NCBI RefSeq assembly: GCF_021028975.2
Contig: NC_059426.1
Location: forward strand, 110,732,001 to 110,796,000
Direction of reading: 5' to 3'
Length of the DNA stretch: 64,000 bases
DNA from: Sphaerodactylus townsendi
Taxonomy: Eukaryota
Shown: in pieces, positions 51,199 to 63,474 of the stretch
How the letters are laid out: every line of letters begins with the position of its first letter
Position numbering within the stretch: the first letter of the stretch is position 1
Made by a program: the position numbers and the translations under genes
Notes under the pieces: generated by a model
What the model saw: only the letters and a program-made list of their open reading frames with translations
Database searches by the model: none
Told to the model about the DNA's origin: nothing

Positions 51199-52835
51199 CA
51201 AAAAAAATGGGGGAAACTATCAAGTATAAAAATACCCAGATCTTGTCACATCTGTGAGATATGTATCAAATGTACAAATATTTACAGAACCCCAAACTGA
51301 AATTGTCTACAGCTCAAGTTAGTCATAACCATGATACAAATTATAAGCAATAATAGGTTTTTTTTGCAAATATGTTATGTGACAAAATCAATTTAAAATT
51401 ATTTTAAAATAATTTAAAATAAAATAAAATACTTGAGGTCATGGTATGGACAAGTGATCTGCTAAAATGATCATATCTGACTGCAACAATGTAAAAAAAA
51501 TAAGTAATATGAGATACTGAGTCTGTGATTTGGGCTATTCATTCTTTAGTGTTACACAGTCCCCCCCCCCCATCATATTAAGTATTGCCTCCATTCCTCA
51601 CCCACCCCCACCTTAATCATTAAGCCTGATTTATGTCAAGGAATTAGGATAAAAATGGTTCCAAGAGGTATACACTGTGAATATCCATTTTGTAGATATC
51701 CTTGGGGAGATGTGCAATCAGGTTGGTAGGTTAAATGTAGCAGTATGTTACAATACTTTTTCTTTTTATTTACTTTAAAGACTCACAAGCAGAAACTGTA
51801 ATACTAAGCAGGTTTCAAAACAAATGATATTAGATATTGCCCGAAGACTAAGTGAACAAAAGTCCTATAGCAAATCACTTTCTCTCACCTAGAAACAAGT
51901 GCTTGATTTCACCTTCTTTTGTCTATCATTACACTAAGCACTCTGCAGTGCAATGCCTTCCTCATTTGACATGTCACAGCATTGTTTGTAAGTGGCCCTA
52001 AGGGACATTCTTGTTGGAAGTGAAGGACTGTACGCTGTTTTCTACCTCAAACACAGAGGGAGTTTTACCATTAAGTCAGATAGCTAGAGAGGGTCATAGA
52101 TATTGACACCTTTTCACTATCATACTGATATACTGTCCCTTTGATGTGTAGATTGCTATTCTCAGGGACTTCCTTCCTTCCTGCTTCTTCCTCCTCTCCA
52201 CTTTTCTCTTCCCTTGCCTTCCATGCTGCACAATGTGTGCAGAGGGGATGGTGACTGCATCCATCTCCATCTGGTCAGATAGATTAAAATAGTGAACCTA
52301 TGTCTCCACCTTTCTATTCTGAATGGAGTTCACTAATAAATACTGTTCTTATTAGATTAGAAATGAAGAATGACTCCAACTTTTCTTTATGCCTACGCAC
52401 ACACATGCATGCTTGGAGATGTCCACTGTGATTTTGCCTCAGTGCACTCTGCTTGTAATGCCAAGGTGTCTTTCCCCAGAGAGATAACCAACAATTCTAA
52501 TGGAACAAAAGCCCCTATCTTTCTTGATGAAATTGATTTACAGAGAAGCAAACAGCAAAACAATAACAGTAGAACAAAGGATGAAGGAGAGTAATTATTA
52601 CCTTGTGATCCTGTGAGTGATGATGACTCAGATTAGCATGCGAATGAATGACAAACGCCTGATCTGTCAACACTCATTTGAATCTTCACTTTGTTTATTG
52701 AATTGCTAGCAATTCAGGACCTGTTCAGCTCAAATCAATTTGTTGCAAAATGAAGTTTAATTATTTGCTCTGAATCAATGATACCTTTAAATTGATTTAA
52801 CAACTTTCCAGGGTGGGAAAGGTGGGAGAATTTTT

Positions 52836-53579
52836 TGTGGTATCCGACCTCCCTGGAATCGGCTTCAGGCCCGGGTTCCAACCCACCTATCCCTTCCTAG
52901 CCAGTGGTCTGCCTGTCCTCCCTCCTGGTGGCCAGAGAGCCCCTGAGTTCAACCAGTCTCTGTAGCCACAGGGTGGAGGGTACATCTAACTGCCCTATGC
53001 CTGAAGAGAGCCCTCCTTGCTCTTTTAGGGCTGGGGCTCTGCCTAGCCTGGCCACACACAGGCCTGCCACCATTGCCCCTCCTTCTCACTGGCTTCCCCT
53101 CTCTCCTTCCCCAATCCCACCATCTTTGCTCCCTCCCACTCTCCAAACTCCTCCGAACTCTCTTCCCCACTCCTTTTATCCCTTCCTGACCTCCTCCCCA
53201 GCCATGCCCTCCAATTAACCCAACTGCCCCAGATTCTCTCCCTCACCCTTTCCAGTTTTGTGGCATTTCCTTTATGTTGGGGCCCCGCCCCCTGCTCCAT
53301 CCTGGGGCATGGAGAGATTGCTCCGGTGTGCTCCATGCTGATCCTTCCAGGTGTTTGCCATCACATTGATGACCTCCATGGCCACATGGCTAACCCACAT
53401 GACCTTTGGCTCCCCCAATCCCTCTGACTCTCCATGGGGCCCTGATGAGCCGGCAGTTGTCGGAGAGGGTATGGCTCTGTCATTGTCTGAGGTTTCCCAG
53501 TCTGTTGAGGCCCGTCCGTCATCGGGGGCTGGGGCAGCTTGTCCTGGTCCCAGACACATCCCCACACTGGGTCTGAACA
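52836..53579 (-). mobile_element. 3' LTR of the Gmr1-like Gypsy element
   Basis: Minus strand begins TGTTCAG directly after a G-rich tract downstream of RNase H and ends ...GATACCACA. Confidence 0.7.
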
Positions 53580-55592
53580 TGGCCCCCAGATTGTTGTCAT
53601 TGTACAGCTGGGAGAGGAAATCTGCTTTGGTGTGTGCTGCCCCCAGGTGGTGGGTGACTGTAAACCTGTAAAAGGGAGCAAAGTGATATACCATCTCAGG
53701 ACCCGGGTGTGGTGGTCCTTTGTAGTAGTCAGCCATTGGAACAGAGCATGGTCTGTGACCAGAGTAAAGGGCTGTCCCTCCAAGTTGAACCAGAAGGTCC
53801 CAACAGCACAGACAACAAACTAGGGCCTCCAGTTTGATGGTGGAATAATTGTGCTCAGCCGGGAGGAGTTTGTGGATGATATGAGTGATAGGTGTCAGAA
53901 TTCTGCAGGATCAGGACCATGGTCAGGGTTACCCACAGGTCATCAAACGTGGCCTCAGCAACTGAGGTCCAGTGGAGACTTGTGGGTGACTTTTTCATCA
54001 GTATATCCACTAGGGGGATAGCACATTTTGTGAACCAGTGTATGAATTTGGAACCACCATCCCCAAGAACCGTCGCAATTGGTGCTTAGTCTAGAGTGGG
54101 GGGCACTCCTCAAGGGCTGTGACCTTCTTTGGCTGGGGTTGCAGCACTCCACGGCTGACCACGTAGCCGAGGTATCAGATTTAGCAGAAACCAAGATGGC
54201 TCTTCTCAGGGTTCAGTGTTAGTTCCACAGTTTGCAGAGCAGAGAAGACCAGCCGTAGATGGCCCAGATGGGAGTTCCAATCAGGGCTGAAGACCAGGAT
54301 GTCATCTATGTGAATAGTGATGAAAGCCTGACAATGGCTTAGGTCAGTATCCACTAGCCTTTGAATGGTGGCCACAGCCCCATGTACCCTGAAAGCCATG
54401 GGGGTAAACTGGAACCGCCCTTGGGGGGTTGCAAAAGCTGTCTTTTCTTTATCTCCTGTCTCCATGGGAACTTGCCAGTAGTTTTTGGACAGGTCGAGGG
54501 CCAACAGATAGTGGGCTATGCCCAGCTGATGGACCAGGTGGTCCACTCTAGGCATCAAGTAAGCATTAAACTGCACTATAACATTCACCCCACGGTAGTC
54601 CTCACAAAAGCCCACACTGCCATCGCGCTTCAGGATCAGGACTATGGGGCTACGCCAAGTGCTTCTGGATGGTTCAATGACCCCAAGGGTCAGCATCTGT
54701 TAGACCTCCTTATCTATCACCTGCCACCATTGCTGGGGCAATGCACTCCAGGGGCTGTGGGCCACCTGGTGCGACTCTGTCAGTATGGCATGTCAGATGA
54801 GGTGAGTCCGGCCTGGCATTTTGGTAAACAACCACAGGAACTCAGAGGTCAATTCTTGCAGGTCTGCCTGCTGGACCAGCCACTTCTCCAGCCTCAATTT
54901 TAGCCAGACTTGGATGACGGGGTACTTCAGGACATGATGGCGAAAGCAGGTCACCCGTACCTCCCCACAGACTGGTAATCCTGGGGGCAGGGCCCAGTCC
55001 TGCACCATGGACACAGAGCTGCCACTGTCTATGAGAACCTCGTCATGTCAACTGCACCACATACAGGGTGGGTTTCAGCCCTGGAGTGTTAGCTTCGAGG
55101 GCCTCCTGCCACTCAAGGTTGCACTCCATTAAAGGGCATTCCCACCAGAAGTGTCCCCACTAGCCGCACTGGAAATATGTGCCCCTCCCTCCAGCAGGGG
55201 CATCAGTGGCTTTGACTGGGGGTCCTCATTCTTTGGGTGGCGGGGCTAGGGGCCCTGGTTTTAAAGGGCCATGGGGTCCAGCCAAGGAAGGCCTCGGCTC
55301 TGGGAACAAGCTATTCCGGCTTCTGTTCTGGAACACGCTTGGGCCCTTCCTGGTCCAGTACCTCCTTAGGCTTGGCCACAAGAAAGCCTTTTAAGAGGGA
55401 TGCGGCCTCGTCTGTGTTCTTTGGCTGGCCGCAAATGACCCAAGCCCTAGCTCTTGAGGGCAGAATCTGTGTAAATTGTTCAAGTGCCACCAAATCAACA
55501 ATCCTCTTGATGTACTCCTGGGTGGGCTGGAACGAACGGGTGGCCAAGTCCCATTAGAGAGTCCCTTGCAGCCACTCTGCAGGTTTGGCACC
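53580..55592 (-). mobile_element. Gmr1-like Gypsy LTR retrotransposon, internal region with SCAN-like capsid
   Basis: SCAN-like VDLVALEQFTQILPSRARAWV...PKNTDEAASLL; knuckle FQCG*WGHFWWECPLMEC; protease VLIDSGSS; RT GVIEPSRSTWRSPIVL...HIDDILVFS; RNase H FTLVTDHALFQWL...RVLRW...KADFLS. No integrase seen. Confidence 0.92.
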
Positions 55593-55929
55593 TCTAGCTT
55601 GAAAAATATCCCTCCCTTTCAGAAACCCCACCAGCTACAATGGAACCAGGCATTTTTGAGTTTTTTGGGAAACCCAAAAATATTCCGGCTCCGAAGCTGG
55701 TATTTGGGTTATATTGGATTTACTGATCATTTTAAAACTGATATAACCAGAATTTTACTGAATCCCACCCTCACTCATGCCTAAGTGAAGTAAGCAAGAT
55801 ACAGTTTCTTTAAAATTATTAGCAATCTGTTCACTGTGAGAGCCAGCTATCATGTTACTAAATGCACTGATGCTGAATTAGTTAAGAAGTGCATGGTTGC
55901 AAATTTCATACTGGAAATTAGTATTTTAA

Positions 55930-56000
55930 CTGTATTTCTTAACCTTGTTTTGTTTTAAAATTTTATCCTGTTTTATATGCCAATAAAGGCTTATGTTGTT
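55930..56000 (+). mobile_element. Tiny 3' end of an RTE-X-like LINE
   Basis: ATGCCAATAAAGGCTT matches the 3' end of the 539-2358 element. Confidence 0.5.
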
Positions 56001-56344
56001 ACTCACCACAATCCTACACACCTCTCTGCCTTCTTATTCTCACTTCTCTCCCACTTCCACCAGCCAATGAAGTGGCCCTCACACTATAACTAGGGCCATT
56101 GGGTTGTGGTCAGTTCAGGGATGTGTGCATTATACTCCTGGAATTTCACTGTAGAATATTTTGAACATTATACATTTGTTGTTTGGGGGGTGGGTGGCGG
56201 AAATTCCAAAATCCAGTAGTAATGAAATATGTTTCCAAAATTGTGCATATGGGTAAACTCCCATCAAGTCACTGCCTATTTATGGTGACCCCAAAAGGTA
56301 TTCAGGCCAAGAAACATTCAGGGGTGGTTTGCCACGGCTTGCTC

Positions 56345-56610
56345 TTACCCAAGCCAGGACTGTGCGTGTCAACCAGCCTCATGGACAGCGGGATTCACAC
56401 TCTGGACAGTTCTGTTGTGGAATGGAAAGGGTTACCTTATACTAAAAAAACAAGACACCACCATATAACAATGTGAATTGAAAAGAGAAAGAGGGATTCC
56501 ATTTGACCACCCCAAAAGGCTATGCTGTGGACCTGCATGGACATCTGTGTGGGTTGCGGACTGTGATGAGAAGGACAATTGCCACAGCAATGCGTGGCTG
56601 GGCCCCCTAG
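56345..56610 (+). mobile_element. Helitron 3' fragment
   Basis: High similarity to 24310-24584; hairpin GCCAC-AGCAATGC-GTGGC followed by CTAG|T. Confidence 0.88.
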
Positions 56611-56817
56611 TTGTTACATAAACCTTTAGGATATAATTCTTGCTATATTCGTGTCTTTTCTATAGCAGCATTACTCTTTGTCTTAACATTGCATGTGCAT
56701 TCTATCTAACCAGTTGTTGCACTTGCTATTCATAAGGCATAAAATATTTTGTGCCTACACAGACTTTGGTGTGCTGTTTATGGTTCCTTATTGGACTGTG
56801 AACCCTTTTTGCCTTCA

Positions 56818-58838
56818 TCTACTAATATTTATCAAAGGGATATATTCCAACATCAGAATTACTGCGGAGCTGTGTGCACTGCAGTTCAACTGCAGAAAAC
56901 ATATTTTAAAGGTGTGTAAATCAGTAGAAAATCTTGGCCTGAACTGGGATAAATTGAAAAGCACCACAACTGATAGGCAAGAAATATGCTGGGAAGTAAA
57001 ACTGGTGCACTTGCAGGAATCAGTGAAGAGATACTGAAATTAAATGGTACACTTCCCATGCTATTTCACTGCATCATCCATCAGCAAACCTGGTGTAGTA
57101 AGATTCTTCAGTGGGAAAGTGGGATCTGTGTTGTTGTATCCAGCATTAATTACATCAGACATCATAGTCTAACTTTTTGTCATGAAGTACTTTCTGACCC
57201 TGAATGGTTTTATGATTTGGCTGATATCACTGAGCATCTGAATGCATTGAATCTAAGGTTGCCGGGAAAAGGAAAGCTTGTGTGTGGCATGTAATTTGAA
57301 TTGAAAGCTTTTTAAGCAAAATTAAACATTTTTGTGTTTCAAGTTAGTGAAGGTAACTTTTCAAACTTCTTTTGCTGCAGTGGACAAAAATTTGAGGAGG
57401 GGAGTTCAAAATTCAACACTGAAAGACACACCAAAGAACTGAACCAACTGCAAGTTGAATTCCAGAACAGATTAACTGATTGCCATGAGCATGGAAACAA
57501 ACATAAGAATGTTTCAGAATCCATTTGAAGGACTATCAGAAAATGCAAGTAATTTTTTTCCAGATGGATCTAATTGATTTACAAGCAAGTGATCATTTCA
57601 GAGACATTTACAAAGAAAATAGCCTGATAGATTTCTATTCTGGTCTACTTGGTATGTTTCTCAAGCTAAAGAAATTTGCTGCAGGTATGTTCACAGTCCA
57701 CATACGTCTATGAACAAATGTTTTCCAGGATGAAAACCATTTGTAAGCATAAAGAATAGTCCAGTGCAGCCAGGAGTCCTTCACGGCTTCTGGTGCTGCA
57801 GTGTGTCTGCCACGTTGTTGCCCTGGTGCCACCCCGCAGCACTGGCATTGCACCACGAATTTCCAAAATCACCAAAGTCGAGGTGACTTTGAAATGCCCT
57901 TTAGTTGCACCGGTGGCTTCCACGGCCATGCAAAACTCCTCAGCAGCAGAACTGGGGCCATTTTTTCCCTCCTCACTGCTCCGGCCCACCCTACCAGTGG
58001 ACAGGTGCTGAGAATCTGCGCCCTCTCCCCTTGCAGTGGGAAAAAAAAAACATGGAAGGCCAAACCTTGGTTTTTAGACAAGAAAGCGGCATGTGCAGGC
58101 ACCATGAACGGGAGGGTGGAAATTCTCTTGCACATGCAAGGATTTTAGATTTAGATTTTAGATGGGGGGTAGAGGATGGCAATTCCCTCACTTGCAATGA
58201 TTTTGTGTTGAGAGTAATTTAAAAGTAAAATAGTGAAAGTGAGTGGGGGAAACAGGAGGAGATTCAGCCAATCAGAATGTGGGAAAACGAAGGTTGTCTG
58301 CACATGTGTGGAAGACATTGAGGAAGAGTTCGTGGTGCAAATGAAGAAGCACCAGGCTCATGAAGAAACAGTTGGAGCATAATGTGCTGGTTCTGTCTTG
58401 AATCCCAGGGCAAACTGGGGAGCAGTGAGGAGTCAAAAGCAGGGCAAAAAGTGCCATGGCAGGTACGCTCCTGGATCTACAATGGTGCATTTGACTGTAA
58501 AAAAAATGGCCTAAGTGCATGTCAGGACCTTAATGGACAGGACACTTCAAGAGTCTGTCACAAACCTTGACTTAGAAATTAATGCCTTGGCTAACAGACA
58601 ACAGCTACAAACATTACATTGGCTATGTAAATATATGTAGCTAAAAGAATTCCACAGTAAAATATAATTCCAGAATCTATTACAGTCAAGTTAACATCTC
58701 ATCATTGACCTTTGAATGTTCACTTTTGATCTAACAAGTAAATTAATAATTTTGTTACATTTTGATTTAAGATGTGGTTCTCTTTAGACATTGGCCCTGT
58801 AATATGGCCTCTATATGCCAGAAGATAGGGGACCCCTG
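56818..58838 (+). mobile_element. hAT (Charlie/SPIN, GTF2IRD2-like) transposase fossil
   Basis: LNWDKLKSTTTD, NMLGSKTG, FHCIIHQQ, DLADITEHLNALNLRL.GK, QMDLIDLQ, EQMFSRMK, and C-terminus INALANRQQLQTLH; right TIR ...GGGGACCCCTG. Frameshifted, 5' part missing. Confidence 0.88.
57760..58511. mobile_element. Harbinger-type element (37396 family) nested in the hAT transposase
   Basis: Shares GCTGCA.TGTGTCTGCC, CACGAATTTC and GCCAATCAGAATGTGGGAAA with 37396-38354; ends AAAAATGGCC. Left TIR is lost. Confidence 0.8.
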
Positions 58839-58879
58839 ACTTAGGAAAGAATATAACCAAGGTGGATATTATAGAAATG

Positions 58880-59255
58880 TATGCAAGGGGCAGAAAAAAA
58901 TAAGTAACAAAGAACCTTCTCCATCTCTCCCATCATACAAAACTCAGGAGCAGCCAGTGAACTTGAGGAATAGTAAATTCCAGAATAGTATATTCCAGAA
59001 CAATTTGTGGGATTTACTGCTACATTCCACTAATTCAATTGTTTTTCAAAGCTAACAGATACATGGAGCATTCATTCATCATCAGATGTTACCCACAGTA
59101 ACTGAGTGGAAGCTCTATTGTCAGAAGTATCTCTCCAAATACCAGTGCCAGGGGTCAAACACAGGGGGAAGTCTCTATGCCATGTTTGTAGACCTTGATG
59201 AGCTGTCAGATTGGCCACTGAGTAAAATAAGATGTTGTACATAAAGTATTAGTCG
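58880..59255 (+). mobile_element. Very old CR1 3' fragment
   Basis: Decayed AAAACTCAGG...TTGTGGGATTTACTGC...TTGGCCACTG...AAGATGTTG...TTATGTT. Confidence 0.5.
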
Positions 59256-59444
59256 ACCTTTATGTTTACTTTTTTAATTTTAAAACCTTTGGTTTAAGGG
59301 GTTTTTTTTTGTTATTTTTCAGAACACATAAACATGCAACAAATACATTTTAAATTAAAAATGTGAAAATAACATCAGACCAATACTTCCTCTTGCCCAG
59401 CATCTTATTTCATATGGTGGTCTGCCAGATGTGTGTGCATAAAA

Positions 59445-59605
59445 CACCATCAAGATGCAGCTGGCTTATATCAACCGAGGCAAGTGATTAAGTGGAGGTG
59501 GTTTATCATTGCCTTTCTCTGCAGAATCTCTCATGGAGGTTTCCCTTCCAAGTACCAACTCAGCTTAGCTTCCAAGATCTAATGAGATCAAGCTGTACTC
59601 TACCA
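59445..59605 (-). mobile_element. 5S rRNA-derived SINE (SINE3-type), decayed
   Basis: GGAGGTTTCCCTTCCAAGTACCAAC...GCTTAGCTTCCAAGATCTAATGAGATCAAGC resembles antisense 5S rRNA (GTCTCCCATCCAAGTACTAACC...GCTTAGCTTCCGAGATCAGACGAGATCGGGC), with an internal deletion. Confidence 0.75.
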
Positions 59606-60991
59606 ATCCACATCCTGCCAACCAGATACTGCTTTCTAATGGTTATCTTTTTTAAAAAAATTGATTTGACTGCTCCCCTGAATATTTATTCTTTACAACA
59701 TTTACTAGCCACCTTATTCCATTAAGGAACTCAGGAAGCCCCATCTAATGGGCTGGGTACCAGGCCATGACTGTGCTAGCCCACTGCTCCCATGGAGGCA
59801 TTCCAACAGTGTGGGAAGGCTAAAAATGCAAGCAAGCCTCCTTGCTTCTGGAAAGCCCCCATTGGGTTTAATGGACTTACGCCCCCTAAAAGGTGGTGTA
59901 TGTCCAAATCCCTGGCTGCCAGTGCAGTGCGGGCAATGAGCAGAAGGAAACTGACTAGCATAACAGGGAGGGGTCTAGGGCCGCACCCCTGGACCACCCC
60001 CGCTATGCTGGCAGTAGGAGCATAGGATGCTGACATAGGTTGCCAGTAGATTCCCTTTTCCCATTTGGACGACGCCAAAAGTGGCTTATAGTATAACAAT
60101 GATAAAATTACATTAAAAACAGTATAAATAATTATGAACATACTTGAAAGGTCACAATTTAGACTTAAAATAGCAGTTGAAACAAAACTTTGTTTTATTA
60201 ACCATGAACCACAGTCTTTTTGTTTGGAGTTTTCTCCTTGTCTAAGAAAATGCAAGCAGCCTAATCAGAGAAACTTATTTCCAAAACATACAGCCTGTAG
60301 AATTCTTTTTCCTAGCGAAAAGAGGACAATCCTGGAATTGAATGCTTGACTGAGTGTAAATGAGGTCAGAAAACCAAGGTGAAAGATCAAGGATTATTCT
60401 CTTCTCCTCTGATTCCTGGCACCTCTAAATAATTGATTTGTTGTTCCTTTCTTGACCAAAACATATATTCAGAACTTTTCATAGTTCCTGTAAAGCATTA
60501 AAATAAAATTCCAATGGTGATCTCACATCAGATTATATTGGATTAATTTCTTCATTCATTTAGCCCTTCTTTACTTTCCTCATTTTAAGTACATTTTAAG
60601 ATGTAGAAATACAATTTTCAAATAAAGTACAATTTTCAAAATAAACATTCTGCTGAAACAATTTTTTAATAGTGAAATTGGAAAAAGTGATTTTTCTCAA
60701 TTAAATTGCACAGAGGAAAGAGGGTTAGCTCCTCTGGTATCAGTTCCAAATATGCCTCAAAAAGATTTGAGATCCAAATATGACTCAAAAAGATGTGAGA
60801 TCCATGTTCCAGTCATAGATGTACTACATCTTGTGTATACCAAGAATGAAATTCCTCCCCTATTTCCTGACTTTAAACCTTTTAAGAAAGATCAGAAGGA
60901 AAGAATAGTAGGTAGATGGACCAAACAAGGCTAGATATGGTGAAGTTTCAAGTTTCCTTTTTAAAAGTCTGTAGCTCTCTGTAAAGACTTA

Positions 60992-61541
60992 GGCCGTTTC
61001 TGCACGGGCACACTTGTGGGTGTGTCGGCATATACAATGCCGACGCACCCCCCCCCCCCGGGGACCATTCACACGAATGGTCCTGGTAGGGGCAGGGAAG
61101 ACGGCGCAGCGCTTCACCGTCGCCCAAACGATGTACCTTCCCTGCGACCTTCCGGTGCGTCACCCAGGCCAGGGGACACGCCCCCTGCCCTGCACAACAG
61201 CTTTGGAGTCACAGGGCAGGGGTGTGTGTCCCCAGGCCTAGGCGATGCGCCAGAAGGTTGCAGGGAAGGTAAGTCATTCGGGAAATGGCGCCTTCCAGGC
61301 ACTGCTGGAAGGGGGGGATGGCACCTTCCAGGCGCTGCCATTCGCACGGCAGCGGCTGGAAGCCACTGTTTCCAGAAAACCTCACTCGGGGAGCGAGGTT
61401 GGGAAACAGCGGATTCGCACTGCTGGGGGGATGGGGGGCAGCACTACTGTGATGCAGCTGCAACCCCCATGTGAACAGCTCCCTAGGGACGGTGTTTTTG
61501 CTGTCCCTAGGGTGCTGTTATTGGCCCGTGTGGAATGGGCC
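60992..61541. mobile_element. PIF/Harbinger-type MITE, CpG-rich
   Basis: TIRs GGCCGTTTCTGCACGGGC / GCCCGTGTGGAATGGGCC; perfect TSD TTA. Confidence 0.92.
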
Positions 61542-61694
61542 TTACTGAAAGAATGGAATAAAGAATGAAAGAAAAAAAAGCTTTAGTAATTGTTGCCATG
61601 GATTGGGCTTGAAAGTTTATATCATATAAGCAGGGGCCAGAAAACTAAACCAGTATCTAAACATCATAAAATGTGTATGAATTAAAAAAAACAT

Positions 61695-62563
61695 TGTATT
61701 GTCAAAGGCTTTGTCAAAATTTCCCCCCAGCAACATTGCACGAAAGGAAAGAAATGCCATTAGAAAGTTCAGCTCAGATCCAGAAATCATCATACTTCCA
61801 GCGGACAAGGAAAATGCCACAGTAATAATGAAAACTGAACAACATAAGGAAAAAAATATCAGAGAACTCCTGGGTCCTACAACATACAAAAAACTAAAAC
61901 AAGACACAACCAAGAAAATCACTTGACAAACGATCACACAGATTAAGAACTCCTCCACTCATCCAGACACACACCAATGACTCTGCAAATCAGCAGCTCT
62001 TCCACCCCAGTTATATGAACTCCCGAAAATTCACAAAGATTCCATCCCACTCAGACCTATTGTTAGTGCGATTGGTTCCCTCACATATGAACTCGCAAAA
62101 TTCTTGACTTCAGAGTTACAAAGCCACATCCAACACACAAGTTAAAGATCAGCCCACTTCATTGGAAAAAAATTAGCAATCTCCATCTCAAGCCTAATGA
62201 CAGACTTATCAGCTTTTATGTCTCACTGTTCACCAAAGTTCCAGTGAAAGACACACTCGCACACATCAGACAGATTTTTCCAAACACCATCACAGCTTTG
62301 TTTCAACGCTGCCTGACAACCGGCTACTTCCAATGGGACAATGATTACTATGAGCAGACAGATTGGGTAGCCATGGGAAGCGCCCTCAGCCCAGTGATAG
62401 CCAATTTTTACATGGAACATTTTGAGAAACAAGCCCTCAAAACAGCACACAGAAAACCCACAACTTGATTCCGATTTGTGGATGACACTTTTACAATCTA
62501 AACCATGGCGAGGAAGAACTGCTGAATTTTCTGGACAACCTTAACAGCATCCACCCAAACATC
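61695..62563 (+). mobile_element. Penelope-like element (Poseidon-type) reverse transcriptase fragment
   Basis: [76 protein letters not shown]. Confidence 0.92.
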
Positions 62564-63474
62564 TAACCAATGCAGAATAGAGAGGTACAATTACATCCCT
62601 CAATCTTGACACTATACTCCTATTGATACAACCCAGAATTGCATTGGCTTTCTTGGCCACTGCATCACACTGCTGACTCATATTTAGTTTATGGTCCACT
62701 AAGACTCCCAGATCTTTTTCGCATGTAATGTGGTCAAGCCAGGTGTCACCCATCCTATATCTGTGCATTTCATTTTTTTCTGCCTATGTGTAGTAGTAGT
62801 ATCTTACATTTATCTCTGTTGAAACTCATTTTGTTTGTTTTGACCCACCTGTCTAATCTAATTTTGAATTCTGACTCTGTCTTCTGGGGTATTAGCTAGC
62901 CCTCCTAATTTGGTGTCATCTGCAAATTTGACTAGCATGCCCTCTATTCCATTATCCAAGTCGTTGATAAAAATATTGAATAGGGCCCATGACAGAACCC
63001 TGTGGCACCCCTCTAGTCACTTCTTTCCAAGATGAAGATGAGCCATTAATTAGCACCCTTTGAGTTCGATCAGACAACCAATTAGAAATCCATCTAATAG
63101 TAGCATTGTCTAGACCACATTTCACTAGCTTTCTTGTGAGAATATTATGGGGCACCTTGTCAAAAGTTTTTCTAAAATCCAGGTATTCTACGTCCACAGC
63201 ATTCCCTTGGTCTACCAAGCTTGTCACTTTATCAAAAAAGAGATAAGATTGGTCTGGCATGACTTGTTTTTTAGAAACCCATGCTGACTTTTTGTGATCA
63301 CAGTATTCCTTTCTAAGTGCTGGTAGACCGTCTGTCTAATGATCTGCTCCAGAATCTTCCCTGGTATCGATGTCAGGCTGATTGGACGGTAATTATTAGG
63401 GTCCTCCTTCTCCCCCTTTTTGAAGATGGGATAACATTAGCCCTCCTCCAGTCCACTGGGACTTCTCCTGTTCT
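62564..63474 (-). mobile_element. CR1 LINE RT fragment
   Basis: YLDFRKTFDKVPH, GVPQGSVMGP, FADDTKLGG, EKDLGVLVDHKLNMSQQC, KKANAILGCINRSI. Confidence 0.95.

Noticed and set aside
55311-55547. ZSCAN transcription factor exon
   Set aside because: Contiguous with knuckle, protease and RT of a Gypsy element; no C2H2 array.
56986-57713. GTF2IRD2/EPM2AIP1 host gene
   Set aside because: Frameshifted, interrupted and ending in a TIR, so a transposon fossil.
59530-59600. Functional 5S rRNA gene
   Set aside because: Diverged, internally deleted and fused to a SINE body.
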